Positions 49,001 to 57,920 of a stretch of DNA of 64,000 bases are shown piece after piece (within the stretch, counting starts at the first letter, position 1; every line of letters starts with the position of its first letter). The notes under the pieces were generated by a model. It worked only from the letters and a program-made list of their open reading frames with translations, ran no database searches and was not told the origin of the DNA. Origin of the DNA: Acidobacteriota bacterium (GTDB taxonomy: Bacteria; Acidobacteriota; Holophagae; Holophagales; Holophagaceae); contig JACPYP010000013.1 of NCBI GenBank assembly GCA_016195985.1, positions 12,116-76,115 of the forward strand, written 5' to 3'. Made by a program: the position numbers and the translations under genes.

Positions 49001-50363
49001 CACCATCCGAACCATGGGGCTGGCCACCTCTGCGCCAGCGGTAGCCAGAGTGGAGATCGGCAGCCCCGCCTCTGTCCAAGACTTGGTGCTCTTGGGAGGC
49101 GGAATGAGCAACAACGAACTAGACGCCAATACCATCGGGAATAATGCCAGTGCCACCAAGCTAGGCCGATCTCTCTTGGCGCTTGATGTCCTGACTGGCG
49201 CGCCCGTTAAGGTTTACGATTTCATTAATAATAGCGCTCTGGCTGCGGCCTTCCCCAACATGGGCGCCATTGGCGCAGGCGCCTTCCCCCTGGAATTCTT
49301 TGTGGGCTCTCGGAAGGCGCAGCGAGTCTATTTCGGCGACTACTCTGGTGGCGTCTACGCCCTTGGTTCGATGAAGCAGTTCACGACCTCGCCAGTGGGT
49401 TGGCGAATTGACAGCTCCAACATCGACGAGTGGACCTCAGATGGCAGTGCGAACGTCAGCACGACACCCGGAAATGCAGGCATGCGCTGGATCTACAAGG
49501 GCCAGGTGACAGTGGATGGGACGGGCATGCTGACCGGAGCTTCTCCCGTGACCTCATTACCGGTTGCCTATCGGTTGCCCAGGGCCATCCCCGAGTTCCG
49601 CCGCCCTGCGGCGAGCACTAACGCGCCCAACATGATCCCGCCCGTGGTTGGAGTTACCTTCGGGACTGGAGACCGGAACGATCCTATGGACCTTGATAAA
49701 TCCATTGGCGGCCCAGTCTCTGGAATTCCCTATCGCCAGATCATGGTCTTTGATCGGCAAGACAGTGCCGACTTGCCCACGGTGGGGGGGCTACCAAGCG
49801 ATGTCAATACTCTCGCAGGAGCCATCACCGACGCCCAGCTCTCTAACCAGACTGGCACAAGCCTCCCAGGGAACACGAGCTATCTGGGCAACAACGTCAA
49901 TTTGGGCTACTACTTGTCCTTCAGCAAGACCACGGATACCACTGTAATTCCCAATATCACCTCCTACGAGAAATCCTACCTGGCTTCCATGGTGATGAAC
50001 GGCGGCTTGATTTTCTCCACCTTCAAGCCTTCGACCTCCGCCGCGGCAGGTACCACCGGCTGCGGTGGTGCGGGAAATACCTATACATTCCGCATGTGCG
50101 ATGCTCTTGCGCCAGTCTTCAATAGCGGCGCCGCCGCCGTCGCTGGGGTGAACGATAAGAAACAGGCCGGATGCAATGGTTATGTCTTCAGCTGGACCAA
50201 CCTCGCCGGTGATCTAACTGCCATCGGCAGCCGCATGATTCTGCAGAGCGGTCAAGACACACCCACCGGTACAGCGACTGCCAGCAACGTCAAGATTCAG
50301 GATCTCGTCGTTGAAGGTGGCACGAATGCTTTCGCTCCCCGGGCTTGGCGCACCGTTCGCTGA
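46080..50363 (+). CDS. pilY1: PilY1/PilC-like pilus tip adhesin (vWA + beta-propeller), 1427 aa
   Basis: Signal peptide; DFSGS, GTPL, ILFTDG vWA motifs; WSGDL, MGDVINSSP, ELWSFVP, YTVDGSP, GMRKGGRSYYALDV, FGTG. Confidence 0.88.
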   Translation: MNGSFMHRLKAFCFTALAAACLFGQVDKNLVMSTDLLDVYSSGKIKPEVLTIFDFSGSMENTFWHKDYWTDQNSDWGYAIRYNGSALKFVKPSGSSAAALSNNLANATGFLVDPAGNAISGTPTAALVKQASHARMTATLTSGGKTYTRTVDIPLPWTILQVPASLPVSAGTPPVPDYIMDPASATATLPPTTKVEFDKVYSLSNTNIYNTSNGQIGLFAYNPDYLNWIFWGTVAKAADGNSFNAATVTGYLDDRKQSAPSNTLTSPVAGLGGYFPGGGGYVIPGAYDPSSGSSSTPSTTVWNTGKTFANGLPVGTRCHFLKRAVLSTWFGTQGGAQTQKSVLWAYRFLDASGTEQSISPRTNINTDNEIGGSSQRALTQLKSVTSGIHASVSAIQTKSPANGTPLTYALANAYAQLVINDSGSSVFDSGNAKDGKSPCRTSFVILFTDGLGNDDNGGSVVGTAEVATNALTAVNTEADIRAISFSKLNPTTSSLSSSNFNIWSLAAVAAHATDASASAQLTSGIASVSSFAPFRIMSRGASASKPRKITTFTVGLSLAGSNTSSFTVGGKGPLLRTALYGDPEVTKFDLAHSVANDKGSQINKTLYPDAIATGFYDATDPQGLTNSLISLFSRITRADTGITAPAAPLVGLNLGNRAYLGRFATGITDKDNPSSVWSGDLLMAGLGIQGDGSVGLKDKDGNFQQDINENNAVASAAKVLKVTGWANGKRNVYTMIPGTSIPAGGLDLTLPAQAFSDQNAALRDPKVMGTSSATEAISLIRFIRGADLAAQTDPVNPTTKTGTRLDIMGDVINSSPAAVEYDAGLLSSVGFTGTYTGDTDLRYQVIFVGDNQGHFHAFAEKSGITGGGLLHGELVELWSFVPPELLNNPSVSTTVSKLSRLQSKGNAHIYTVDGSPFIYFDDSATKNRKVDSADKVRVIFGMRKGGRSYYALDVADPVKPKLVWMLDPNTSTDPTIRTMGLATSAPAVARVEIGSPASVQDLVLLGGGMSNNELDANTIGNNASATKLGRSLLALDVLTGAPVKVYDFINNSALAAAFPNMGAIGAGAFPLEFFVGSRKAQRVYFGDYSGGVYALGSMKQFTTSPVGWRIDSSNIDEWTSDGSANVSTTPGNAGMRWIYKGQVTVDGTGMLTGASPVTSLPVAYRLPRAIPEFRRPAASTNAPNMIPPVVGVTFGTGDRNDPMDLDKSIGGPVSGIPYRQIMVFDRQDSADLPTVGGLPSDVNTLAGAITDAQLSNQTGTSLPGNTSYLGNNVNLGYYLSFSKTTDTTVIPNITSYEKSYLASMVMNGGLIFSTFKPSTSAAAGTTGCGGAGNTYTFRMCDALAPVFNSGAAAVAGVNDKKQAGCNGYVFSWTNLAGDLTAIGSRMILQSGQDTPTGTATASNVKIQDLVVEGGTNAFAPRAWRTVR

Positions 50364-50385
50364 TCTCTGCATCAACTGCACCCCT

Positions 50386-50408
50386 GGGGCCCTTCGGGGC
50401 CCCTTTTT
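50386..50408 (+). terminator. Intrinsic terminator closing the pilin cassette
   Basis: GGGGCCC-TTCG-GGGCCCC-TTTTT (cUUCGg tetraloop). Confidence 0.9.
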
Positions 50409-50440
50409 CGTGCTGGCCGCCGTCGGTGGTACGCTGGCTT

Positions 50441-51262
50441 GTGTCGGAACCTTCGCCCATCGCCCGCCTTCGCCCCAAAAAGGCCTTCGGCCAGAACTTC
50501 CTGGTGAACGAGGGGGCCATCGCGGCCATTGTGAACTCGGCGCTTGGTTCGAGCGCACCGCGTCTTCTGGAGATCGGGCCGGGGCCGGGGGTGTTGACGG
50601 AGCGGCTGCTGGCGGATGGGCGGCCTCTGTGGGCGGTGGATCTGGATCCCGAAGCCTGTGACCTGCTGAGGGATCGGTTTGGCTCCGAATCCCATTTCCA
50701 TCTGCTGCATGGCGATGCGGTGCGGCTGCCTTTGCCTGATGGAGGAGAGGCCTGGTCGGTCATCGGGAACTTGCCCTACAACGCCGCCACGCCCATCCTG
50801 GCCCGGCTGCTCACTGAGGGCATTCCCTGGGACCGCATGGTGCTCATGTTCCAACTGGAAGTGGCGCAGAAACTCATGGGGGTGCCGGGTACCAAGGCTT
50901 ATGGTCCGCTGTCGGTGCTGGCCCAGCTCTGCGCGCGGCTCACCCGGCTCGTGAAGCTGGGGCCCGGTTCATTCCGTCCGGCGCCCAAGGTGGATTCGGC
51001 GGTGGTGCTCTTCGAGCCGTTGCAGGAGCCGCCCTCGTTGGCGGAACGCCGGGCCCTGCTGATGGTGCTGCATCGTTCCTTCGCCCATCGGCGCAAGACT
51101 TTGGCCAACAACTGGCAGGGGACCCTGCCCGCGGCGGCCTTGCTGGAGGCGGGGCTTGAACCCGCGCTCCGCTCCGAAGTGGTCGCACCGGCCGCCTGGC
51201 TGAAGGCCACCCGAACCCTGTTGTTCCATCATCCGGAGGTGTTCCCATCGTCACGCCCGTAG
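50441..51262 (+). CDS. rsmA: 16S rRNA m6,2A dimethyltransferase
   Basis: KKAFGQNFL, LEIGPGPG, GNLPYN, FRPAPKVDS, RRKTL; start reassigned to GTG after the terminator. Confidence 0.96.
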   Translation: MSEPSPIARLRPKKAFGQNFLVNEGAIAAIVNSALGSSAPRLLEIGPGPGVLTERLLADGRPLWAVDLDPEACDLLRDRFGSESHFHLLHGDAVRLPLPDGGEAWSVIGNLPYNAATPILARLLTEGIPWDRMVLMFQLEVAQKLMGVPGTKAYGPLSVLAQLCARLTRLVKLGPGSFRPAPKVDSAVVLFEPLQEPPSLAERRALLMVLHRSFAHRRKTLANNWQGTLPAAALLEAGLEPALRSEVVAPAAWLKATRTLLFHHPEVFPSSRP

Positions 51263-51306
51263 CTCCTGAATTCGAAGCCTGGACCGAAGCCCCCGCCGCC
51301 GGAGAA

Positions 51307-52962
51307 TTGCGGCTGATTCCCATCGGGGGACTCGGCGAATTCGGCATGAACGCGCTGGTGGTGCACGATGCGCGGAGCCTCTTCCTCGTGGATTGCGGGC
51401 AGCTGTTTCCATCGGATGACCAGCCGGGCATCGACTCCATCGTGCCGGACTTCGCCTATCTGGAACCTTTCGCGGATCAGCTGCAGGCGGTGCTCCTAAC
51501 TCACGGCCACGAGGATCACATCGGAGCGCTGCCCTACTTCCTCCGCCGCTGGCCCGTGCCCGTGTATGGCACGGCCTTTACCCTGGGACTCGTGGAAGGC
51601 AAGCTTCGCGAGCACGGTCTCGATCCAGAGCTGCTGCGTCCCGTGAAGGATTATGGCCGAGTGAAGGTGGGTGATATCGAGGCCGAGTGGATTCCCGTCA
51701 CCCATAGCATTCCGGATGCCTGCGCCCTGGCACTGCATACGCCCCAGGGGGTGCTGGTGCATTCCGGCGACTTCAAGCTGGATCCCGAACCCTTGGATGG
51801 CCGCCTCACGGGGCTGGAGCGCCTGAATGCGCTCGGCGATGCGGGGGTGCGCCTGCTCATGGCGGATTCCACCAATGTGGGACGGCCAGGGCGGTCACCA
51901 TCCGAATCCGTTTGCCGGGGCGGTTTGGAAGCGGCCTTTGAACAGACCCAAGGACGACTCTTTGTCGCGACTTTCAGCTCGAACATCCACCGGCTCCAGA
52001 CACTGGTCGATCTCGCCTATGAGTTCCGCCGGAGGGTGGTGATTCTGGGGCGGAGCCTGGATCGCAACATGGCCCTGGCCCGGTCCCTCAAGCATCTACA
52101 GCTTCCGGACGACATTCTCGTGGACGCGAAGGATGCCCATCTCTATGACAAGGGCGAGCTGCTGGTGCTTTGCACGGGCAGTCAGGGCGAGCCCATGAGC
52201 GGTCTCGCCCGGCTGTTGCGGCGCGAAGTGAAGGGCCTGCCCATGGAGCCCGGCGACCGTCTCGTGGTGAGCGCCCGGGCCATTCCCGGAAACGAAGTGG
52301 CCATTTCCCGCATGCTGGATGATGCGGAGCGCTTGGGCGCGGAGACCTCTCTTGAAAACCTTGGCCCAGTCCACGCCTCTGGCCACGGCAGCCGCGATGA
52401 ATTGGCCGATCTCATCCGGGCGGTGCGGCCCGATCACATGGTGCCCGTGCATGGCACCTACCGAAACCTCCGCGCCCATGGCGCCCTGGCCGCCTCGCTG
52501 GGCTGGCCGCCGGAGCGGATTTCGCTGTTGGATGGCGGCCTTTGTCTGCGCTTGCTTGAGGGCGATCGGGTGGACATGGCTGGCGCCGTCCCGGTGGGCA
52601 AATGTTTTGTGCACGAAGGCGTCGATCACATGGTGGATGCCCGGGTGGTGAAGGACCGCCTCATCCTGCAGGAGGATGGCGTGGTGTTCGCGACGCTTCT
52701 GGTGGATCCGCAAACCGGTGAACTGGCTGCCAATCCCACCATCCTCAGCCGAGGGTTCGTCATGCTGTCGGACGACGATGCCTATGCCGAGCTGTTAGCG
52801 GGCGTGGCGCGGCAGACCTATGAGCAGGCCCCTGCTGCAGTGCGGGCGGATGGAGAGGCGCTGCGCGACACCCTGCGTCTGGCCTTGCGCAGGATCATCC
52901 GGAAGACCACCCAGACCCGGCCCCTGGTGATCCCCGTCATCCTGAAGGCACCCCAGGTGTAG
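51307..52962 (+). CDS. rnj: Ribonuclease J (true start may be further upstream, see findings)
   Basis: PIGGLGEFGMN, THGHEDHIGA, HSIPD, GDFK, GSQGEP, HASGH, PVHG. Confidence 0.95.
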   Translation: MRLIPIGGLGEFGMNALVVHDARSLFLVDCGQLFPSDDQPGIDSIVPDFAYLEPFADQLQAVLLTHGHEDHIGALPYFLRRWPVPVYGTAFTLGLVEGKLREHGLDPELLRPVKDYGRVKVGDIEAEWIPVTHSIPDACALALHTPQGVLVHSGDFKLDPEPLDGRLTGLERLNALGDAGVRLLMADSTNVGRPGRSPSESVCRGGLEAAFEQTQGRLFVATFSSNIHRLQTLVDLAYEFRRRVVILGRSLDRNMALARSLKHLQLPDDILVDAKDAHLYDKGELLVLCTGSQGEPMSGLARLLRREVKGLPMEPGDRLVVSARAIPGNEVAISRMLDDAERLGAETSLENLGPVHASGHGSRDELADLIRAVRPDHMVPVHGTYRNLRAHGALAASLGWPPERISLLDGGLCLRLLEGDRVDMAGAVPVGKCFVHEGVDHMVDARVVKDRLILQEDGVVFATLLVDPQTGELAANPTILSRGFVMLSDDDAYAELLAGVARQTYEQAPAAVRADGEALRDTLRLALRRIIRKTTQTRPLVIPVILKAPQV

Positions 52963-52992
52963 GTCCCCGGTGCAGAGTATCAGGCGCAGGCT

Positions 52993-53490
52993 TCAGGGCC
53001 GCTGGAGGCCTTTCCGGAAAAGGCGTCCAGGGCGGCTGATGAATCCCTGCTTGATGGCGTCGGCCATGCGCCGCTGCATGTCCTCCACCTGGAGGATCAG
53101 GCGGACCTGTTGCGCGGGGTTGAGCTTCGCGCGGATGTCATCCTCGAATTTCAGCTTCAATTCCATCTGCTGGCGCCGCAGTTCGACATACTGATCCAGC
53201 AGGGGCCTGACCTTGGCGCTTTTATCCTCTTCCGCGCCGGGGCCCAGCAGGATGTCGTTGAAGCGGCGCCGCAGCTGCTGGATCTGTTTCGTTTTTTCAA
53301 ACTGGTCCTGGTCGTAGCGGGACCAGCGATCGACCACGGCCCTGGCCTGGGGTTCCGGCAGCCCCACCGTCTGCTGCAATTGATCCATCCGGAAGTGCAC
53401 GAGAGGGCGATCCTCCTCGCCTTGGGCCCAATTGGGGAGGGCCGCGACGCAAAGGGCGGAGGCGAGGGCGAATGGGCGGAACATGATCAC
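52993..53490 (-). CDS. Spy/CpxP-like periplasmic helical protein
   Basis: Signal peptide, helical Q/R-rich body, LNPAQQ (LTxxQ-like) motif; third gene of ECF operon. Confidence 0.65.
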   Translation of the reverse strand: MIMFRPFALASALCVAALPNWAQGEEDRPLVHFRMDQLQQTVGLPEPQARAVVDRWSRYDQDQFEKTKQIQQLRRRFNDILLGPGAEEDKSAKVRPLLDQYVELRRQQMELKLKFEDDIRAKLNPAQQVRLILQVEDMQRRMADAIKQGFISRPGRLFRKGLQRP

Positions 53491-53984
53491 CTCGGAGAGG
53501 GCTGGGGCGTGCCGAGACGCTTCAGGAGTGCCTTCATTTCATCAGGGTCAAGCGTCTGGACCTGGGCGGCGTCCTCTTCATGATCATGGAAAGGCGTGTC
53601 GGGCTCGGCGGTTTCGATGTTTTCGGGCTGCCGGGCGGCTTCCGCATAGGGGGTGCGGTTGGCCAGTCCCGCCCAGAAGGCGCCGCCACCCACGGCCAGA
53701 AGCAGGGCCGCGGCCGCCATCCAGGTGAAGGGCGTGATCCGGTGATGCATGGCGGGGCGGGCGGGCAGCTTGCGCAGAATCCGATCGGGCAAGCGATCAA
53801 AGTAGCCGATGGGGGCGAGAACCTCGGGGGTATCCTCCTGGGCCAGATAGGCCACCCGGGCCTCGGAACAGGCGCGGCAGGTGCGCATGTGGGCCTCCGC
53901 ATTGGGGCCGGGATCGAAGGGATCCATGAGCACGGCATCCAAGGTCCGGGCGCAGGCTTCGGGGGCGGGAAGGGGCGGGGTCAA
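53487..53984 (-). CDS. Zinc-binding (ZAS) transmembrane anti-sigma factor
   Basis: HMRTCRAC (HxxxCxxC), GYFDRLPDRI, TM; overlaps ECF sigma stop. Confidence 0.82.
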   Translation of the reverse strand: MTPPLPAPEACARTLDAVLMDPFDPGPNAEAHMRTCRACSEARVAYLAQEDTPEVLAPIGYFDRLPDRILRKLPARPAMHHRITPFTWMAAAALLLAVGGGAFWAGLANRTPYAEAARQPENIETAEPDTPFHDHEEDAAQVQTLDPDEMKALLKRLGTPQPSPR

Positions 53985-54628
53985 GGCCGGCCTCCTTTCA
54001 CGTATCGGGTCAGGTTCTGGATGGCATGGAAGATGTGAGCCTTCACGCTGCCCACGGAGGTGCCCATTTCCTGGGCGATCTGTTCATATTTCCAATCGTG
54101 CTGGAGCTTCAGGGTGAGGGCTTCCTTCTGGCGCTTGGGCAGTTTGGGCAGGGCTTCCCGCAGCAACCGGCGGGCCTCCTGATCCAGCGTGGCGGTGATC
54201 TGCGTCTCCTCCACTCGCAGGGCCGCGTGGTCCGCGATCCCATCCGGGCCCTCGAGGCTTTCATGCTCCTTGATCACCCGCTCCCGGTAGTTCAGGGCCT
54301 GCCGGGTGGCGATGGTGATGAGCCACGTACGGAAAGAGGATTCGAACCGGAAGCCGGGCAGGGCGCGGAAGACTCGGATGAAGGTTTCCTGCACCACGTC
54401 ATCGGCATCCTGGTGGTTCTTCAGGATGGAAAAGGCTTTGCCGTAGACATCCCGGGAAAAGAGCCGCACCAGGGAGCCGAAGGCGGCTTGATCGCCCCGC
54501 TGGGCTTCTTCCACCCAGGCCCGGACTTCCGGAGTGTGGTACGGCGAGGCCGCATCGGGCGTCCGGTCGCCGGGCAGGGGTGCCGTCAGGGTCATCAGGG
54601 GCTCGCTCAATGTGGCAACCGCCATCAT
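53981..54628 (-). CDS. ECF RNA polymerase sigma factor
   Basis: GDQAAF, DADDVVQETF, FRTWL, YEQIAQEMGTSVGSVKAHIFHA. Confidence 0.95.
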   Translation of the reverse strand: MMAVATLSEPLMTLTAPLPGDRTPDAASPYHTPEVRAWVEEAQRGDQAAFGSLVRLFSRDVYGKAFSILKNHQDADDVVQETFIRVFRALPGFRFESSFRTWLITIATRQALNYRERVIKEHESLEGPDGIADHAALRVEETQITATLDQEARRLLREALPKLPKRQKEALTLKLQHDWKYEQIAQEMGTSVGSVKAHIFHAIQNLTRYVKGGRP

Positions 54629-54751
54629 GTTAGGCTCCGATGGCGGGGATCAAGCCAAATCCGCCCTCAGTGGATGGACCCGGGGCGGGCACCTGGGGTT
54701 GAATGGACGAAGGACACGGGGCCCCGAATCATCCCGTTCCCAGGAGCTTCC

Positions 54752-55273
54752 ATGCGTGACCGCATCACCCCTTTGCTGTCTGAGGCGCAGATCCGGGACC
54801 GGGTCCAGCAACTCGGCGCCCAATTGGCGGAGGACTACGCGGGCAAGGATCTCGTGGTGGTGGGCCTGCTGAATGGCGTGTTCCCCTTCTTCGCGGACCT
54901 GGTGCGGGCCATGGCGATGGACTTCGACATCAGCTTCATGCAGGTTTCCAGCTATGGCGGCGGTTTGGAGAGCACGGGCGAGGTGCACATCCTCAAGGAT
55001 CTGGACCGCAGCATCCAAGGCCGCCACGCCTTGGTGGTGGAGGACATCGTGGATACCGGGCTGACGCTCTTCAAGGTCAGCAACCTGTTGAAGGACCGGG
55101 AACCCCTCAGCCTGAAGATCTGCACCCTGCTGGACAAGCCGTCCCGGCGCAAGGTCGCGGTTCCAGTGAACTACGTGGGTTTCACCATCGAGGATCATTT
55201 CGTCGTCGGCTACGGGCTGGATCTCGACGGCAAGCTCCGCAACCTGCCCTACGTGGGGGTCTACCACCCGTGA
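54752..55273 (+). CDS. hpt: Hypoxanthine phosphoribosyltransferase
   Basis: VSSYG, VVEDIVDTGLT, LLDK, FVVGYGLD, RNLP; AGGAG RBS before ATG 54752. Confidence 0.96.
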   Translation: MRDRITPLLSEAQIRDRVQQLGAQLAEDYAGKDLVVVGLLNGVFPFFADLVRAMAMDFDISFMQVSSYGGGLESTGEVHILKDLDRSIQGRHALVVEDIVDTGLTLFKVSNLLKDREPLSLKICTLLDKPSRRKVAVPVNYVGFTIEDHFVVGYGLDLDGKLRNLPYVGVYHP

Positions 55274-55824
55274 CCGCCTTTCGTGCTGGGGCCTTGTGCT
55301 TCTCTCTCATGCTAGCCTCCGGTTGCGGGTACCACCGCCTGGACCGGCAGCAACGGCCTGCGGCGTGGGCCAAGCGGGGGGAGACCATCCGCCTGGCGCG
55401 CTTCCGCAACCGCACCCCGCGCCTAGGCCTGGAGGACCGCTTCACCCGGGCCCTGGAAAACCGCCTGGTGGCCGCCAGCCCCTGGCGCCTGGTGGCCCAG
55501 GGGGAATCCTCCCGCTGGGTGCTGCAGGGCACCCTCGAGGATTACAAGTCCCGGCCCATCGGGCTGACTCTCGGCAATGACAAGACCAAGGCCAGCGCGG
55601 GCTCCGCCTCCCGCGTGGAGGTGGCGGTGGTGGCCAGCGTCGAGTTGCTGGATGGCCAGACGGGCGCGCTGGTGCTGTCCCGCCGGGGGCTCACATTCTC
55701 GAACCAGTACCGCGTGGATCAAAACTTCGCCAGCTTCGAAAGCCGCGAAGTGCAGATCATCGAAAGCCTGGCGGACGATTTCGCCGAAAGCTTCCTCACC
55801 CAGTTGCTGGAAGGATCGGATTGA
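55270..55824 (+). CDS. lptE: LPS assembly lipoprotein LptE family
   Basis: Lipobox LASGC-GY, F.NRT motif, position upstream of holA. Confidence 0.8.
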   Translation: MTAFRAGALCFSLMLASGCGYHRLDRQQRPAAWAKRGETIRLARFRNRTPRLGLEDRFTRALENRLVAASPWRLVAQGESSRWVLQGTLEDYKSRPIGLTLGNDKTKASAGSASRVEVAVVASVELLDGQTGALVLSRRGLTFSNQYRVDQNFASFESREVQIIESLADDFAESFLTQLLEGSD

Positions 55825-56846
55825 TGGCGGCGCCGGCGGCCTGGCTGAACCAGAGCTTCGCCCTCGTCCATGGAGAGGATGGCGACGCGCGCCGCGCCGC
55901 TGTGGCGGACTGGAAGCAGAAACATGTGGACCCGGAATGGGCCGATTTCTCGCTAACCGTTTGCACGGAGGGCTGCCCCTGGGCCGAAGTGATGGCCGCC
56001 CTGCAAGAGGCCGCGCCTCTGGGAGCCGAGGTCCGCACCGTGTTGGTGCCCGCCGCCGACAACCTGTTCAATCGGGCCAAGGAACTGCCGCCCACGGTGA
56101 AGGGCGCGCTGGAGAAACCGCCCTCGGGCGTGAATCTCCTCCTGGTGGCCTGGTCCACCTTGCCGGCGGCCCCTGGAAAGGCCCTGGGCGCCAAGCCCTG
56201 GACAGACTGGACCAAGGCTGGCCGTGTGCTGAAAGTGGGAGCTCTGGAGCCTCTGGAGGTCGCGGGGTTCATCGAAACGGAGGCCAGGCGGTTGGGGCTG
56301 GTGCTGCAGGGAGCCGCAGGCAGCCTGCTGGCCCAACGGCAGGGCGGCAACCCGGGGATGCTCAAGCGGGCCCTGGAAGTGCTGGATTTGCTGGCCGAAG
56401 ACCGCCGGGTGAACGAGGTCATGGTGGACCAGGTGACCTTCCGTCTGGCCGAGCAGAAGGCCTTTGCTTGGTCCGGGGCCTGGCAGAAGGGCGATGCGGC
56501 TGGGGCCCTCAAAGCGCTGCGGACGGCCCTGGAAGATGGTGACGAGCCCCTGATGATGCTGGGGCAGGTGCGCCGCGAGGTGGACCGCTTGCTGAGGCTG
56601 GCGGAGGCGGAGGCTGCCGGGCTCAAGGGCAGCGAGGTGCTCACGGCTCTGGGCTTGTCGCCCAAACAAGCCTTCCTCTTGGATGGTTACCGCGGGGCCA
56701 TGGCCAAGCTCAGGCCCCGGGGGGCCAAAGCCCTTCTGGCACGGGTCAACCAGTGCGAAAAAGATCTGAAAGGCATGGCGCTTTCCCGCAGCGAAGCGCC
56801 GCTGATGGACCTGACTTTAGCTCTCTGCCGTGCCTGGGGCCGCTGA
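55824..56846 (+). CDS. holA: DNA polymerase III delta subunit
   Basis: LVHGED N-terminus, EPLMMLG, EKDLKG C-terminus; lptE-holA synteny. Confidence 0.82.
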   Translation: MAAPAAWLNQSFALVHGEDGDARRAAVADWKQKHVDPEWADFSLTVCTEGCPWAEVMAALQEAAPLGAEVRTVLVPAADNLFNRAKELPPTVKGALEKPPSGVNLLLVAWSTLPAAPGKALGAKPWTDWTKAGRVLKVGALEPLEVAGFIETEARRLGLVLQGAAGSLLAQRQGGNPGMLKRALEVLDLLAEDRRVNEVMVDQVTFRLAEQKAFAWSGAWQKGDAAGALKALRTALEDGDEPLMMLGQVRREVDRLLRLAEAEAAGLKGSEVLTALGLSPKQAFLLDGYRGAMAKLRPRGAKALLARVNQCEKDLKGMALSRSEAPLMDLTLALCRAWGR

Positions 56847-56929
56847 GTTCCAGCCAGGGCCGGGCCATTGACCACTTGAGCGTGAGGTTCGCTGGGCGGA
56901 TCATGGAAGTCCGGTTCCCGGAGGGTCCC

Positions 56930-57913
56930 ATGTCTGAATGCATCATCCCCACCCTGACCTCCAGCGAGGTTGTGGAATCCAAATCTGTGCTGCCCAAGGG
57001 ATGGAAGGCGGATCTATCGAACCTGAAGGCCCTTGACCTGACCCAGCCTGTTCTCGAACTGCTGCGGCGCACCACCAGCCGCCTCCCCCAGGATGTCATC
57101 GAGGCGATCGTGAAGGGCCGCGATGAGGAGGAGGACGGCAGCCGCGCCTTCAACACCCTGAACGACATGGTGCGCAACATCAACCTGTCTGATGGCCAGG
57201 TGACGCCCCTCTGCCAGGACACCGGCTCCATCATCTTCTGGGTGCGCCATCCCTTCGGGTTGAGCCAGCGCGCCGCCAAGAAGCAGATCCGGGAAGCCGT
57301 GGCCCGGGCCACCAAGAATGTCTGGTTGCGCCCCAACTGCGTGGAGTCCCTCAGCGGCAAGAACAGCGGCAACAACATGGACCCTTTCCATGAGCACCAC
57401 CCTGCCATCCACTTTGAAGAGTGGGACCGGCCGGAGATCGAAATCTCCGTCATGCAAAAGGGAGGCGGCTGCGAGAACGTGGGGGCCCAGTACCGCCTTC
57501 CCGATGCCGCCATCGGCGCCGGCCGCGACATCAAGGGGGTGCGGAAATGCATCATCGATGCCGTGGTCAAGGCCCAGGGCCAGGGCTGCAGCCCCGGCAT
57601 TCTCGGCGTGGCCATCGGGGGGGACCGCGTCACCGGCTACGAAAAGAGCAAGGAGCTCATCCTCCGCAAACTCGGCACCCCGAACGCTGATCCCAAGCTG
57701 GATGCCCTGGAGAAGGAACTCACCAAGGACCTGAATACCTTGGGCATCGGCCCCATGGGCTACGGCGGCCACACCACGGTGCTGGGCCTCATGGTGGAGG
57801 AGATGTACCGCCATCCCGCGAGTTTCTACGTGAGCATCAGCTACATGTGCTGGAGCAGCCGTCGCGGCACCCTCACACTCGCGGCCAGCGGCCAGCCCTC
57901 CTACGATCTGTGA
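56930..57913 (+). CDS. Class I fumarate hydratase, alpha (Fe-S) subunit
   Basis: PLCQDTG, KGGGCEN, GCSPG, LGIGPMGYGG, RHPAS, CW. Confidence 0.92.
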   Translation: MSECIIPTLTSSEVVESKSVLPKGWKADLSNLKALDLTQPVLELLRRTTSRLPQDVIEAIVKGRDEEEDGSRAFNTLNDMVRNINLSDGQVTPLCQDTGSIIFWVRHPFGLSQRAAKKQIREAVARATKNVWLRPNCVESLSGKNSGNNMDPFHEHHPAIHFEEWDRPEIEISVMQKGGGCENVGAQYRLPDAAIGAGRDIKGVRKCIIDAVVKAQGQGCSPGILGVAIGGDRVTGYEKSKELILRKLGTPNADPKLDALEKELTKDLNTLGIGPMGYGGHTTVLGLMVEEMYRHPASFYVSISYMCWSSRRGTLTLAASGQPSYDL

Positions 57914-57920
57914 GGCTCCC

